From positions 320,001 to 384,000 of the forward strand of contig CAWCXJ010000007.1 of NCBI GenBank assembly GCA_963799485.1: 64,000 nucleotides of DNA, read 5' to 3'. Position 1 is the first letter of the stretch. Each line of letters begins with the position of its first letter. Of this stretch, positions 21,425-32,969 are shown piece by piece. Origin of the DNA: an uncultured Trueperaceae bacterium (lineage in GTDB: Bacteria > Deinococcota > Deinococci > Deinococcales > Trueperaceae). The notes under the pieces were generated by a model. The model was not told the DNA's origin, ran no database searches, and was given only the letters and a program-made list of their open reading frames with translations. Made by a program: the position numbers and the translations under genes.

Positions 21425-22581
21425 CTACGGGTTCATCTATAGATTCATCTAAAGCTGTTTTACCCGGCGCTACCATAGGTATTTTTGGTGGCGGTCAGCT
21501 GGGGCGGATGCTCGCTTTTGCTGCCAAGAGAATGGGTTACCGCGTAGCCGTTTTCTCACCTGAAGCGTCTTCGCCTGCGGGCAGTGTTGCCGACGCTGAA
21601 CACGTCGCCGACTACACCGACTTGGGCGCAGTTACAGCCTTTGCCCAAGCTGTCGACGTCATCACCCTCGAGTTTGAAAACGTGCCCGTCACGGCGCTCG
21701 AGGCCGCCGCCATCTACGCGCCCGTGCGCCCTGGTTGGCGCGCACTCTACACCGCGCAGCACCGCCTCCGGGAGAAAAATTTTCTCGCTAAAGAGGGTCT
21801 GCCGACGCCCGCTTTCAGGCCGATTCGCCGCGCTGGAGAACTCGAGCTGGCCTTGCGCGAACTCGGGGCACCCGCCGTGCTTAAAACTGCCGGGTTCGGC
21901 TATGACGGCAAAGGTCAGCGGGTGGTTGAAACGCTCACCGGAGCTAAAGCAGCCTTTGCAGAACTAGGCAGCGAGTGCATTTTGGAGACGTTTGTAGATT
22001 TCGACCGTGAGCTTTCGGTCGTCGGCGCGCGCGGCGTAGACGGGACGTTCGTTCACCTCGCGGTCTCTGAAAACCGCCACGTCCGGCATATTCTAGACGT
22101 CTCACTTGCACCCGCCGCAGTACCCGCCGTCGTCGCGGAGCGTGCCGCAGCGCTGACACGTGAAATCATGGCAACGCTGGACGTTGTAGGCCTCCTCTGC
22201 GCCGAGTTCTTTTTGACTTCCGACGAAACGCTGCTCGTCAACGAATTGGCCCCGCGTCCACACAATTCCGGACATTTGAGCCTCGAGGCGTGCGATATCA
22301 GCCAGTTCGAATTGCAACTTCGCGCGGTCTGTGGCCTGCCGCTCGTCACCCCGGTGCAGCGTCCGGCGGCGACTGCTAATTTGCTCGGTGATTTGTGGGT
22401 ACAAGGCGAACCCGACTGGGCTGCTACCTTAACGGAGAATGATATGACTTTACATCTTTACGGCAAAGCTGAAGCGCGCCCCGGACGTAAAATGGGCCAC
22501 CTGACGGCGCTTGCCGAAACACCCTCGGCAGCAGCAGAACGCGTTCAGGCGGCCCGCCGCAAGTTGACGAGGCGCACCTAG
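21421..22581 (+). CDS. purK: N5-CAIR synthase
   Basis: [46 protein letters not shown]. Confidence 0.97.
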   Translation: MTTGSSIDSSKAVLPGATIGIFGGGQLGRMLAFAAKRMGYRVAVFSPEASSPAGSVADAEHVADYTDLGAVTAFAQAVDVITLEFENVPVTALEAAAIYAPVRPGWRALYTAQHRLREKNFLAKEGLPTPAFRPIRRAGELELALRELGAPAVLKTAGFGYDGKGQRVVETLTGAKAAFAELGSECILETFVDFDRELSVVGARGVDGTFVHLAVSENRHVRHILDVSLAPAAVPAVVAERAAALTREIMATLDVVGLLCAEFFLTSDETLLVNELAPRPHNSGHLSLEACDISQFELQLRAVCGLPLVTPVQRPAATANLLGDLWVQGEPDWAATLTENDMTLHLYGKAEARPGRKMGHLTALAETPSAAAERVQAARRKLTRRT

Positions 22582-24536
22582 TGCGGACGCTAAGCGCACT
22601 CTCGAACAAAGCTCGAGTCACGCTCGAGTCCCTCCAAACCCCTCAGCTCGACGAAATTCTCAACAGTTTGGGTATGCGCGACCGGCAGCTCTTTCGACTA
22701 CGGCTCGCGCGGCAGTTCAGCAACCTCTTTGATGGTTTGGAGCCTCTTTACGGCGCACGTCCGGATTTTGCAACGGTGTTGGGCCGCCTCGTGCTCAAGC
22801 TCGCCGAGTTTTACCGTGACCGCCCCGAAGCGCTTAAAGTCCTCGACTTGGAGCGTGAACTCACCCCCGACTGGTTTCAACGCCCGGAGATGGTCGGGTA
22901 CGTCGCCTACGCTGAGCGCTTTGCGCCGAACTTGGCAGGCGTCGCGGAACACCTGGATTACCTCGAAGAACTCGGCGTGACCTATTTGCACCTGATGTCG
23001 GTCTTAAAGACCCGCGCGGGTGAAAACGACGGCGGCTACGCAGTCGCAGATTATCTGGCAGTGCAACCGGCCCTCGGGACGATAGACGATTTGGAGGCGC
23101 TCTGCGGCACGCTGCGCGGTTCGGGTATCAGCCTTTGCCTCGACCTCGTACTTAACCACTGCGCCGATACGCACGCGTGGGCCGAGGCTGCCAAACGCGG
23201 CGACCCGCACTATCAGGACTATTTTTACACCTACAGCGACCGCGTGTTGCCCGAACAGTTTGAACGGACGCTCCCTGAAGTTTTCCCCGACTTTGCGCCC
23301 GGTAACTTCTCTTACGTGCCGGAGATGCAGCGCTGGGTTTGGACGACCTTTAACACTTATCAGTGGGACTTGAACTATACGAACCCGGAGGTGTTTCTCG
23401 AGGTTGCCGGAATCCTCTTAGCACTTGCCAACCGGGGTGTTGAAGTATTTCGCCTCGACGCCGTAGCGTTTATGTGGAAACGGCTCGGGACGAACTCGCA
23501 AAACCAGCCCGAAGTCCATATGCTGCTGCAGGCGCTCCGGGCATGTTCAAAGATTGCCGCCCCGGCAGTCATCCACAAAGCCGAGGCTATCGTCTCACCG
23601 AACGACTTGGTACAGTATTTCGGTACCGGACGGCATTTCGGCAAAGTCTCGAATCTGGCCTATCACAACTCGCTGATGGTGCAGTTCTGGGCGTCCTTGG
23701 CAAGCCGCGATACCGGGCTGATGGCCCACGTTCTGCGAGGTTTTCCGCCGACGCCGCCGACTACCGCGTGGGCCACCTATATTCGTTGCCACGACGATAT
23801 CGGCTGGGCCGTAACTGACGAAGACGCGGCGGCGGCTGGCTTAAACGGCGCGGCGCACCGGAGCTTTTTGTCGGACTACTATGCCGGGCTTTTTCCAGGC
23901 TCACACGCCGTCGGCGAGGTTTTTCAGTACAACCCGGCGACGAACGACCGGCGCATTTCGGGAACGTTTGCGAGTTTGGCGGGGCTCGAGCAAGCCCTGG
24001 TGCAAGATGACAGTTACGGCGTCGATCTCAGCATCGAACGCATCTTGTTGGGTTTTGCTCTGATGCTTGGTTTCGGCGGCGTACCGCTCCTCTACATGGG
24101 CGACGAACTCGGGCTCTTAAACGACTACACCTTCTCCGAGCATAAGAGCACCCGTGACGACAACCGCTGGTTGCACCGGCCCCGGATGGACTGGGCGCAC
24201 GCCGAAAGACGTTTTGAGACGGGGACGCCCCCAGCCCGGATTTTTGCCGGGGTCAAACATCTCATCGAAGTTCGCCGCCGCACTCCCCAACTGCACGCAG
24301 GCTATCAGACTGAAATCCTGGACGTTCCCCGGCAATTTTTCGCCTATGTCCGGACGCATCCGCTCGGTAACTTGCTTGCGGTGTACAACTTCACCGAACA
24401 CGCGCAGGTGTTGCCGCTGAGTGAGTTAGGTCTTTACGGGTTTAGCGAGCTGACCGACCAGCTAACAAGACACCGCGCGACGCCCCGCGACGGGCTGCTC
24501 GAGCTGCCCCCCTACGCGCGGCTGTGGCTCGTATAA
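22581..24536 (+). CDS. Amylosucrase/sucrose hydrolase family (GH13_4)
   Basis: DGGYAV, QWDLNY, FRLDAVAF, KAEAIV, CHDDIGW catalytic motifs. Confidence 0.9.
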   Translation: MRTLSALSNKARVTLESLQTPQLDEILNSLGMRDRQLFRLRLARQFSNLFDGLEPLYGARPDFATVLGRLVLKLAEFYRDRPEALKVLDLERELTPDWFQRPEMVGYVAYAERFAPNLAGVAEHLDYLEELGVTYLHLMSVLKTRAGENDGGYAVADYLAVQPALGTIDDLEALCGTLRGSGISLCLDLVLNHCADTHAWAEAAKRGDPHYQDYFYTYSDRVLPEQFERTLPEVFPDFAPGNFSYVPEMQRWVWTTFNTYQWDLNYTNPEVFLEVAGILLALANRGVEVFRLDAVAFMWKRLGTNSQNQPEVHMLLQALRACSKIAAPAVIHKAEAIVSPNDLVQYFGTGRHFGKVSNLAYHNSLMVQFWASLASRDTGLMAHVLRGFPPTPPTTAWATYIRCHDDIGWAVTDEDAAAAGLNGAAHRSFLSDYYAGLFPGSHAVGEVFQYNPATNDRRISGTFASLAGLEQALVQDDSYGVDLSIERILLGFALMLGFGGVPLLYMGDELGLLNDYTFSEHKSTRDDNRWLHRPRMDWAHAERRFETGTPPARIFAGVKHLIEVRRRTPQLHAGYQTEILDVPRQFFAYVRTHPLGNLLAVYNFTEHAQVLPLSELGLYGFSELTDQLTRHRATPRDGLLELPPYARLWLV

Positions 24537-24841
24537 CGCGGCTCGTAACGGTTGGGCTTTGATTCGTTCGTGGTTTTTGGAGCGGTATTTGAAGCGTGCC
24601 GAGGTGTCTTGTCTTCTGAGTGTGCTGAGGTTTCCCTCTCAAATGACGTGCTGATCACTTCGGATTCACGGGACGCTTTCTGACGGCTGTTCAGATAGAG
24701 CGCCAGCGAAGTGATGCCAGCGAGAAGCGCGTAGCCAGCAGCGAGTGCAGCTTTGGGTTCACGGTGGGCAACGGTTAAAAGTCCGGCGGCGCAAAGTGCT
24801 AACAGGGCACTCAAAAGTAGAACGGTGTGGGGCTTCAGCAT
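24512..24841 (-). CDS. Small membrane protein, two TM helices, unknown function
   Basis: Two hydrophobic segments; TAAGCT 7 nt before the ATG. Confidence 0.5.
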   Translation of the reverse strand: MLKPHTVLLLSALLALCAAGLLTVAHREPKAALAAGYALLAGITSLALYLNSRQKASRESEVISTSFERETSAHSEDKTPRHASNTAPKTTNESKPNRYEPRYTSHSRA

Positions 24842-25161
24842 GGCTAGCAGCTTAAGCCCCTAATCTGAACGGTTTCTTAAGAGAGGCTTTAACCCGAAAG
24901 GGTGGACTCGAGCTTTGATAAAGCCGAAAGTACTGTCTGGTACGGATTTCCTGGTGTCCTTACCGCGATACAAGCGGCGTTTACCGACCGGATGGCCTAA
25001 CCGAGCTTAACAGCTGCCTAGAAATGCTGTTCTGGACAGTTCGCAGTGAAGTAGTTTTGCTGCTCCGTATAATTTTTCACAGTCCGCGACCGGCAGCCAC
25101 TTGTCTTTCATTTTAGCGACATCTGGAACTGCTAGAAACATATAAGCTTGTTGCCTGAGAC

Positions 25162-25191
25162 TTGATTTTTAGCCTGCCGCGTGGCTATACT
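25162..25191 (+). promoter_or_regulatory. Promoter of the ribosomal superoperon
   Basis: TTGATT-18 bp-TATACT about 165 bp upstream of rpsL. Confidence 0.6.
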
Positions 25192-25355
25192 CAAGTGTTT
25201 GAACTCCCTAACCCGCAGCGTTGGGTCTGGGAGCGGTTTTGTCGTGTGCAGCCAACTTCGTAACGCCTAGGTAGCCCGTCTACGCTTGCCGCCCACAACA
25301 CCCAAGTAACGTTGCAGCTCTAAAGAGCTTGCAGTCAGGTACGACCTGAGAGGAT

Positions 25356-25757
25356 GTGATTGCTCTGCCAACCGTTAACCAGCTCTTGCGTAAAGGGCGC
25401 AAAGCGCTCCCGAAGAAAAACAAAGTTCCGGCCCTCAAGGGGAGCCCGCAACGTCGCGGCGTCTGCACTATCGTCAAGACGCAGACCCCGAAGAAACCCA
25501 ACTCGGCGCTCCGTAAAATCGCCCGTGTCCGCCTCTCGCACGGCGCGGAAGTTACCGCCTATATTCCGGGCGAAAAGCACAACTTGCAAGAACACTCGGT
25601 TGTCCTTATTCGCGGGGGTCGTGTCAAAGACCTGCCGGGCGTGCGCTACCACATCGTTCGCGGGGCACTCGACGCTCAGGGTGTCGGCGTGGGCCGTTAT
25701 GTTCAGCGCAACCAGGGCCGCAGCAAATACGGTACGAAAAAGCCGAAAGCGAAGTAG
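25356..25757 (+). CDS. rpsL: 30S ribosomal protein S12
   Basis: [22 protein letters not shown]. Confidence 0.98.
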   Translation: MIALPTVNQLLRKGRKALPKKNKVPALKGSPQRRGVCTIVKTQTPKKPNSALRKIARVRLSHGAEVTAYIPGEKHNLQEHSVVLIRGGRVKDLPGVRYHIVRGALDAQGVGVGRYVQRNQGRSKYGTKKPKAK

Positions 25758-25764
25758 GAGAGAT

Positions 25765-26235
25765 ATGGGACGCAGAAGAAGAGCTGAAATCCGCCGCCTC
25801 GAGCCCGACCTCGTGTACAGCGACACGACCGTCACCGCGTTTGTCAATAAGCTGATGCGCGACGGCAAGAAAAACCTGGCGAGCCGCATCTTTTACGGCG
25901 CGTGCCGCCTGATTCAAGACCGCAGCGGTCAGGAACCCTTAAAGGTTTTCCGCCAAGGGTTGGACAACATCAAACCCCGTATCGAGGTCAAAAGCCGCCG
26001 CGTCGGTGGGGCCACCTACCAGGTACCTATCGAGGTTGCGCCGCGCCGCGCCCAGTCGTTGGCCCTTCGCTGGCTTGTCGCCGCGTCGAACGCACGTCCT
26101 GAACGCACCGCTGTCGAGCGCGTCGCGGGTGAGCTGCTAGACGCTGCTGCGGGTCGCGGCGGGGCCGTCAAGAAAAAAGATGATGTGGAGCGTATGGCCG
26201 AAGCCAACCGCGCCTACGCGCACTACCGCTGGTAA
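25765..26235 (+). CDS. rpsG: 30S ribosomal protein S7
   Basis: RRVGGATYQVP, MAEANRAYAHYRW; ATG 25765 after AGGAG. Confidence 0.98.
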   Translation: MGRRRRAEIRRLEPDLVYSDTTVTAFVNKLMRDGKKNLASRIFYGACRLIQDRSGQEPLKVFRQGLDNIKPRIEVKSRRVGGATYQVPIEVAPRRAQSLALRWLVAASNARPERTAVERVAGELLDAAAGRGGAVKKKDDVERMAEANRAYAHYRW

Positions 26236-26239
26236 AGAT

Positions 26240-26331
26240 GAGCTGACAGCGGCTGTGCCGCTAAGCTTTGAGGTGAAAGCGTCTGTGGCGCTAACCTCCG
26301 ATGAGCTAAAAGCGTCCCTGACGCTAGGCTC
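26240..26331 (+). promoter_or_regulatory. Three tandem 29-nt structurally identical hairpins (candidate cis-regulatory RNA)
   Basis: Units at 26240-26268, 26270-26298 and 26303-26331 with compensatory base changes. Confidence 0.7.
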
Positions 26332-26354
26332 TGCCTCGAGACACAGGAGAGACT

Positions 26355-28427
26355 ATGACGACTAAAACAGGCATCGACCTGAACATGACGCGAAATATCG
26401 GGATCGCCGCGCACATCGACGCAGGCAAAACGACCCTGACCGAACGCATCTTGTTCTACACCGGTCGGATTCACAAGACCGGCGAAGTCCATGAAGGCGC
26501 AGCCACGATGGACTGGATGGAGCAAGAGCGCGAACGCGGGATTACCATCACGTCGGCGGTGACGCAGGCGTTCTGGAAAGATTTCCGCATCAACATCATC
26601 GACACCCCCGGTCACGTGGACTTTACGATGGAAGTCGAGCGTTCGATGCGCGTACTTGACGCCGCCGTTGCCGTGTTCGACGCGTCGCAAGGGGTCGAAC
26701 CGCAATCTGAAACCGTCTGGCGGCAGGCCGACAAGTACCGCGTCCCGCGCCTCGCGTTTGCCAACAAGATGGACAAAACCGGCGCTGACTTTCAGCTCGT
26801 CTTGACCTCGATGGAAGAGCGCCTCGGCGCGAACGCCGTACCGATTCAGTGGCCGATGGGTCAGGAAGACTCGTTTAAGGGCATTATCGACCTCGTAGAG
26901 ATGCGCGCCTTTACCTATCTCGACGATTTGGGTCAGAACATCGAAGAGAGCGATATTCCCGCCGAATATGCCGACATCGCCGAAGAAAAACGCGGGGTGA
27001 TGTTGGAGAAACTCGCGGACATCTCAGACGATCTGGCGATGCTTTACCTCGAGGGCGAAGAGATTCCCGCAGATATTGTCAAAGACGCCATCCGCGAAGG
27101 CACCGTAAAACTCAAGCACTACCCGGTCTTGTGCGGTTCGGCGCTCAAAAACAAGGGTGTCCAGCGCCTTTTGGACGCTGTAACGTACTACTTGCCGAGC
27201 CCCCTGGACGTGCCGCCGATTCGCGGCGTCCTGCCCGACTCCGAGCAAGAAGACACGCGCGGCGCTGACGAAACTGCGCCGACTTCCGCACTTGCCTTTA
27301 AGATTGCCACCGACCCTTATGTAGGCCGCCTGACTTTCGTCCGTGTCTATTCGGGGGTGTTGGAGTCCGGCTCGTACATTTATAACGTCTCGAAAGGTAA
27401 AAAAGAACGTGTCGGTCGCCTTCTGAAGATGCACTCGAACAACCGCGAAGAGGTCGAGCGCATCGGCGCGGGCGATTTGGGCGCGATTATCGGCCTCAAA
27501 GACACCACAACCGGTGACACCCTCGCCGACGCGAGTGCTCCGATTATCTTGGAGCGCATGGAATTCCCCGAACCGGTGATTACGGTTGCTATCGAGCCAT
27601 CATCGAAAGCCGACCAGGACAAGCTCTCAAACGGTATGGTCAAGCTAGCCGAGGAAGACCCGACCTTCCGCGTCGAGACCGACCCCGAAACGGGCCAGAC
27701 GACGATTTCAGGGATGGGTGAGCTTCACCTAGAGATCATCGTCGACCGCCTCCGCCGCGAGTTCAACGTCAGCGCGACCGTTGGTGCGCCGCAGGTTGCT
27801 TACCGCGAAACGATTACACGCGCCGTCGATGTGCAAGGCAAGTTCGTCCGGCAATCCGGTGGGCGGGGTCAGTACGGTGACGTGCGCCTGAAAGCGGAAC
27901 CGCTCGAGCGCGGCACTGGCTTCGAGTTTGAAAACGCCGTCGTCGGTGGAACGATCCCCCGTGAGTACATCCCGGCGGTGCAAAAAGGTGTCGAAGAAGC
28001 GATGCAGAACGGCCCGCTTCTCGGGTTTCCGATTGTAGATATGAAGGTCAGCGTCTACGACGGGTCGTACCACGAAGTTGACTCGTCCGAAATGGCGTTT
28101 AAGATTGCCGCGTCGATGGCAATTAAAGAAGTTATGAGCAAAGGTTCTGCGGTGGTACTCGAGCCCGTTATGAGCGTCGAGGTTGTCACTCCGGAAAACT
28201 ACATGGGCGACGCCATCGGCAGCCTCAACTCGCGCCGGGGTCAGATTCAGGGGATGCAGCCGCGTGGTAACGCGCAGGTCATTAGCGCGCACGTTCCACT
28301 TTCGGAAATGTTCGGTTATGCGACCGACCTTCGCAGCCTTACGCAAGGCCGCGCGACCTTCAGCATGGTTTTAGATCACTACGCGCAGGTTCCGCGCAAC
28401 ATTCAAGAAGAGCTCGTTAAGAAGTAA
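26355..28427 (+). CDS. fusA: Elongation factor G
   Basis: [33 protein letters not shown]. Confidence 0.99.
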   Translation: MTTKTGIDLNMTRNIGIAAHIDAGKTTLTERILFYTGRIHKTGEVHEGAATMDWMEQERERGITITSAVTQAFWKDFRINIIDTPGHVDFTMEVERSMRVLDAAVAVFDASQGVEPQSETVWRQADKYRVPRLAFANKMDKTGADFQLVLTSMEERLGANAVPIQWPMGQEDSFKGIIDLVEMRAFTYLDDLGQNIEESDIPAEYADIAEEKRGVMLEKLADISDDLAMLYLEGEEIPADIVKDAIREGTVKLKHYPVLCGSALKNKGVQRLLDAVTYYLPSPLDVPPIRGVLPDSEQEDTRGADETAPTSALAFKIATDPYVGRLTFVRVYSGVLESGSYIYNVSKGKKERVGRLLKMHSNNREEVERIGAGDLGAIIGLKDTTTGDTLADASAPIILERMEFPEPVITVAIEPSSKADQDKLSNGMVKLAEEDPTFRVETDPETGQTTISGMGELHLEIIVDRLRREFNVSATVGAPQVAYRETITRAVDVQGKFVRQSGGRGQYGDVRLKAEPLERGTGFEFENAVVGGTIPREYIPAVQKGVEEAMQNGPLLGFPIVDMKVSVYDGSYHEVDSSEMAFKIAASMAIKEVMSKGSAVVLEPVMSVEVVTPENYMGDAIGSLNSRRGQIQGMQPRGNAQVISAHVPLSEMFGYATDLRSLTQGRATFSMVLDHYAQVPRNIQEELVKK

Positions 28428-28491
28428 CTGACGTTAGGGGTGGCGTTTAAGTAGCGCCGCTCCACTACAAAACAGTAAGGAGAACAGCAAG

Positions 28492-29709
28492 GTGGCAAAA
28501 GCGACTTTTACGAGAACGAAACCGCACGTCAATATCGGCACGGTAGGGCACGTCGACCACGGCAAGACGACGTTAACGGCAGCGATTACGTTTACGGCAG
28601 CAGCAGCCGACCCTACGATTGAGACCTTGAGCTACGACATGATCGACAAAGCGCCGGAAGAGAAAGCGCGCGGGATCACCATCAACACCTCGCACGTCGA
28701 ATACCAGACGGCGGCGCGGCACTATAGCCACGTCGACTGCCCCGGACACGCCGACTACGTGAAGAACATGATTACCGGCGCGGCGCAGATGGACGGTGCG
28801 ATCCTGGTGGTCTCGGCTGCCGACGGCCCGATGCCGCAAACCAGAGAACATATCCTCTTAGCCCGTCAGGTGGGTGTGCCGTACATCGTCGTGTTCATGA
28901 ATAAAACCGACATGGTCGACGACGAAGAGCTCTTGGAACTCGTCGAGATGGAAGTCCGGGAACTGTTGTCCTCCTACGAGTTTCCCGGCGACGATATTCC
29001 TGTCATCAAGGGCTCGGCCTTAAAAGCCTTGGACGCCCTGACCGCCAACCCCAATACCCAACGCGGTGAAAACGAATGGGTCGATCATATCTGGGAACTC
29101 CTGGACGCGGTCGACTCGTACATCCCCACCCCCGAACGCGACATCGACCGTCCTTTCTTGATGCCGGTCGAAGACGTCTTTACCATTACCGGACGCGGCA
29201 CCGTGGCGACGGGCCGGGTCGAACGCGGGCAGGTCAAAACCGGCGAAGAGATCGCCATCGTGGGTCTTACAGACACCCGCAAATCAATCGTCACCGGGGT
29301 CGAGATGCACCGTAAAACGCTCGATTCGGGGATGGCGGGCGACAACGTCGGCGTCCTTTTGCGCGGCGTCCAAAGAGACGACATCGAACGCGGACAAGTG
29401 CTTTCAAAGCCGGGTTCGATCACCCCACATACGGGCTTTAAGGGCTCGGTGTATATCTTGAAGAAAGAAGAAGGGGGACGGCACAGCGCCTTCTTTAGCG
29501 GCTACCGCCCGCAGTTCTACTTTCGGACGACCGACGTGACGGGTGTCTGCACCTTGCCCGACGGGGTCGAGATGGTGATGCCGGGGGACAACGTCGAGTT
29601 GGACGTCGAACTGATCAAACCCATTGCGATGGAAGAGGGTTTGCGCTTTGCCATTCGTGAAGGTGGTCGCACCGTTGGTGCCGGCGTTGTCAGTCAGGTG
29701 ACCAAGTAA
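28492..29709 (+). CDS. tuf: Elongation factor Tu
   Basis: [28 protein letters not shown]. Confidence 0.99.
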   Translation: MAKATFTRTKPHVNIGTVGHVDHGKTTLTAAITFTAAAADPTIETLSYDMIDKAPEEKARGITINTSHVEYQTAARHYSHVDCPGHADYVKNMITGAAQMDGAILVVSAADGPMPQTREHILLARQVGVPYIVVFMNKTDMVDDEELLELVEMEVRELLSSYEFPGDDIPVIKGSALKALDALTANPNTQRGENEWVDHIWELLDAVDSYIPTPERDIDRPFLMPVEDVFTITGRGTVATGRVERGQVKTGEEIAIVGLTDTRKSIVTGVEMHRKTLDSGMAGDNVGVLLRGVQRDDIERGQVLSKPGSITPHTGFKGSVYILKKEEGGRHSAFFSGYRPQFYFRTTDVTGVCTLPDGVEMVMPGDNVELDVELIKPIAMEEGLRFAIREGGRTVGAGVVSQVTK

Positions 29710-30029
29710 TGGCGTCACCCCGCATTCGGATCAAGCTTCGGGCATTTGATCACCGCAGTTTGGACTCGTCGGCAACGAAAATTGTCGATACGGTCAAACG
29801 CACCGGCGCAAAAGTCGCTGGCCCCGTGCCGCTCCCGACCCGTATCCGCCGTTTCTGCGTGCTCCGCAGCCCGTTTGTCGACAAAGACTCGAGAGAGCAC
29901 TTTGAAATCCGTACCCACAACCGGCTGATCGACATCAAAACGCCCACCAAAAGCACCATCGACAGCCTGATGCACCTAGACCTCCCGACGGGGGTCGATA
30001 TCGAGATCAAGACGGTCGGAGGCCGGTAG
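29709..30029 (+). CDS. rpsJ: 30S ribosomal protein S10
   Basis: [21 protein letters not shown]. Confidence 0.98.
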   Translation: MASPRIRIKLRAFDHRSLDSSATKIVDTVKRTGAKVAGPVPLPTRIRRFCVLRSPFVDKDSREHFEIRTHNRLIDIKTPTKSTIDSLMHLDLPTGVDIEIKTVGGR

Positions 30030-30649
30030 TGAAAGGAATTCTAGGCACCAAGGTCGGGATGACGCAAGTATGGCAGGGAGACCGGCTTATTCCGGTAACT
30101 GTCGTGCTTGCGGGCCCCTGCCCGGTCGTGCAACGTAAAACGCCGGAGACGGACGGCTACAGCGCCGTTCAGCTCGGCTGGTCGGAAAAGCGCACCAAGG
30201 TCGCTAACAAACCCGAGCTCGGTCACGCCAAGAAAGCGGGCGTAGGCGCACAAAAGACGCTCTTAGAGTTCCGTGATTATGCGCCCGAAGATGACAACGT
30301 TACCGTTGAAATTTTCGCAGCGGGTCAAAAAGTCGATGTCACGGGCACAACCAAAGGTCGCGGGATGACCGGTGTGATGAAACGCTGGAACTTCGCCGGG
30401 ATGCCTGCCTCGCACGGGGTCAAGAAAAAGCACCGTGCGCCGGGGTCGATCGGTCAGCGCAAGTTTCCGGGCCGCGTCTACAAAGGTAAAAAGATGGCCG
30501 GACAGTACGGGAATGAACGGGTGACGACGGTGGGACTTGAACTCCTCGAGATTCGCCCCGACGAAAACCTGCTTCTCATCAAAGGAGCTATCCCCGGAGC
30601 CAACGGCGGCCTCGTCATTGTTAAAGATTCGCAGAGGAGGGCGTCGTAA
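30029..30649 (+). CDS. rplC: 50S ribosomal protein L3
   Basis: [23 protein letters not shown]. Confidence 0.98.
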   Translation: MKGILGTKVGMTQVWQGDRLIPVTVVLAGPCPVVQRKTPETDGYSAVQLGWSEKRTKVANKPELGHAKKAGVGAQKTLLEFRDYAPEDDNVTVEIFAAGQKVDVTGTTKGRGMTGVMKRWNFAGMPASHGVKKKHRAPGSIGQRKFPGRVYKGKKMAGQYGNERVTTVGLELLEIRPDENLLLIKGAIPGANGGLVIVKDSQRRAS

Positions 30650-31251
30650 TGGCTGTAACCCTCGATGTTATCGGGAGCGAGCGTAAGGTAACGCTCGACC
30701 TACCCGAACCCAAAGAAGCCGTATTGCACGAGGTTGTTTCGTGGCAGCTTTCCAAACGCCGCCGCGGAACCGCTGCAACCAAAACACGCGGTACGGTGTC
30801 CGGCACGACCGCCAAGAGCCGCCCGCAAAAAGGAACCGGTGCAGCGCGGCACGGCTCGTACAAAGCGCCGATCTTCGTCGGCGGCGGAATCGCCTTTGGG
30901 CCGCACCCCCGTGACTACGGGTATTCGTTGCCCAAGCGCGTCCGCCGTCTGGGTCTCGGGATGGCCCTCGCCGCCCGCGCCAACGACAGCAAACTCACCC
31001 TTGTCGAATCGTTCGATATTGGTGGTAAAACCAAAGAGTTCGTCTCATGGGCCAAAGACAACGGGTTTAGCGGTGCGGAGCGCGTGCTGCTCGTGACCGA
31101 TAACGAACTCGTTCGCCGCGCTGCCCGCAACCTGCCGTGGGTCGGCGTGTTGCCGGGACGCGGGCTCAACGTCTACGACATCTTGCGTTACGACCACGTC
31201 GTTGCTGACGCTGCGATCTTCAATGACGTGCAAGCTGAGGAGGCAGAATGA
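30649..31251 (+). CDS. rplD: 50S ribosomal protein L4
   Basis: QKGTGAARHG, GGGIAFGP. Confidence 0.98.
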   Translation: MAVTLDVIGSERKVTLDLPEPKEAVLHEVVSWQLSKRRRGTAATKTRGTVSGTTAKSRPQKGTGAARHGSYKAPIFVGGGIAFGPHPRDYGYSLPKRVRRLGLGMALAARANDSKLTLVESFDIGGKTKEFVSWAKDNGFSGAERVLLVTDNELVRRAARNLPWVGVLPGRGLNVYDILRYDHVVADAAIFNDVQAEEAE

Positions 31252-31535
31252 ACCCTCATGACGTTATCCTGCGCCCGGTCTTAAGTGAAAAAGCGCTGAC
31301 CGGCATTGAAGATAGCAAATACGTTTTTTACGTTCATCCGAACGCCAACCGTACCCAGATCAAAGACGCCGTAGAACTCGTTTTTGGGGTTCAGGTCGTC
31401 AAGCTCAATCTCGCAAACGTGCGCGGCAAAGAAAAAACGATGGGTCGTTACCGTGGCGTGCGTCCGCAGCGCAAAAAGGCGATGGTTACGCTGCGCGCAG
31501 GCCAGAAGATTCAGCAGCTGGAAGGGCTGGTCTAA
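31248..31535 (+). CDS. rplW: 50S ribosomal protein L23
   Basis: PVLSEKA, KKAMVTL; operon position. Confidence 0.97.
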   Translation: MNPHDVILRPVLSEKALTGIEDSKYVFYVHPNANRTQIKDAVELVFGVQVVKLNLANVRGKEKTMGRYRGVRPQRKKAMVTLRAGQKIQQLEGLV

Positions 31536-32368
31536 TGCCAACCAAGAAGTACCGTCCGTATACCCCCTCGCGGCGTTTTATGACGACCTCGGACTTTGCC
31601 GAAGTCACCACCAGTACGCCGGAAAAGTCGCTGCTCGAGACGCAAAAGCGTACCGGGGGCCGTAACAACCGGGGCCGCATCACCTCGCGGTTTCGGGGCG
31701 GTGGTCACAAGCGCCGTTACCGCGTCATCGACTTCCGCCGCCGCGACAAAGAAGGCGTGCCTGCCAAAGTGGCGACGGTCGAATACGATCCGAACCGGAG
31801 CGCCCGCATCGCCTTGTTGCACTACGTCGACGGCGAAAAGCGCTATATCCTCGCGCCGGAAAACCTCTCTGTCGGGAGCCGTATCGTGGCTGGCCCCGAA
31901 GCCGAGCCGGTGTTGGGCAACGCCTTGCCCCTCCGCTTTATCCCGGTCGGGACGGTCGTTCACAACGTCGAACTCGTTCCCGGCAAAGGTGCGCAACTTT
32001 CACGCAGTGCCGGAACGAGCGTGCAGCTTCAAGGGCGCGACGGCAACTACGTCACCCTGCGCTTGCCCTCGGGCGAACTGCGCCGGATTCACGGCGAATG
32101 CTACGCAACTGTCGGTACCGTCGGCAACGCCGAACATAAAAACGTTGTTTACGGGAAGGCCGGCCGTACCCGCTGGATGGGCCGCAAACCGCACCAGCGG
32201 GGCCGCGCGATGAACCCTGTTGACCACCCGCATGGTGGGGGAGAGGGACGCTCCTCCAGCGGTCGTCCGCCGGTCAGCCCGTGGGGTCAGCAGGCCAAAG
32301 GTCTTAAAACCCGTACCAAACGCAAGGTCTCGTCGCGCTTTATCGTGCGCCGCCGGAAGGGAAGCTAA
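31535..32368 (+). CDS. rplB: 50S ribosomal protein L2
   Basis: [21 protein letters not shown]. Confidence 0.99.
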   Translation: MPTKKYRPYTPSRRFMTTSDFAEVTTSTPEKSLLETQKRTGGRNNRGRITSRFRGGGHKRRYRVIDFRRRDKEGVPAKVATVEYDPNRSARIALLHYVDGEKRYILAPENLSVGSRIVAGPEAEPVLGNALPLRFIPVGTVVHNVELVPGKGAQLSRSAGTSVQLQGRDGNYVTLRLPSGELRRIHGECYATVGTVGNAEHKNVVYGKAGRTRWMGRKPHQRGRAMNPVDHPHGGGEGRSSSGRPPVSPWGQQAKGLKTRTKRKVSSRFIVRRRKGS

Positions 32369-32634
32369 TGGGACGCAGCATGAAAAAAGGCCCGTTTGTC
32401 GACGATCACCTGCTCGATAAAGTTGACGTGGCGAACGACAAAAACGACCGCAAGGTCATTCGCACCTGGAGCCGCCGCAGCACCATCGTCCCGGAAATGA
32501 TCGGGCTGACTATCGGCGTGCATAACGGCAAACAGCATGTGCCGGTCTTTATTCAGGAAAACATGGTCGGGCATAAACTCGGCGAGTTTTCGCCGACCCG
32601 CACTTTCCGCATCCATGCAGGGAACCGCAAATAA
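32368..32634 (+). CDS. rpsS: 30S ribosomal protein S19
   Basis: KKGPFVD, TWSRRS, GHKLGEF. Confidence 0.98.
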   Translation: MGRSMKKGPFVDDHLLDKVDVANDKNDRKVIRTWSRRSTIVPEMIGLTIGVHNGKQHVPVFIQENMVGHKLGEFSPTRTFRIHAGNRK

Positions 32635-32966
32635 TGGAAGCGAAAGCGCACCTGACGGCGCTCCGCGTAACGCCGCAAAAAACCCGTCTCGTGGCAAACC
32701 TGATCCGCGGCAAAGCGGTCGCGGAAGCCGAAAGCATCTTGCGGTTTACGCCGCGTAGCTCGGCTGCGCCGATGCTCAAGCTACTGCGCAGCGCCAAAGC
32801 GAACGCGGTCAACAATCATGACATGTTCGAAGATAGCCTCGTGGTGTCGAAGATCATGGTCGACGAAGGCCCGGTGATCAAACGCTACTTACCGCGCGCC
32901 CGTGGTCGCGCCGACTTGCTGCGTAAACGCACAAGTCACATCACGATCATTTTGGAGGAAAAGTGA
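32634..32966 (+). CDS. rplV: 50S ribosomal protein L22
   Basis: PRARGRA, KRTSHITI. Confidence 0.98.
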   Translation: MEAKAHLTALRVTPQKTRLVANLIRGKAVAEAESILRFTPRSSAAPMLKLLRSAKANAVNNHDMFEDSLVVSKIMVDEGPVIKRYLPRARGRADLLRKRTSHITIILEEK

Positions 32967-32969
32967 GCT

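Noticed and set aside
25356..25757. Streptomycin-resistance substitutions in S12
   Set aside because: TPKKPNS and RVKDLPG are wild-type.
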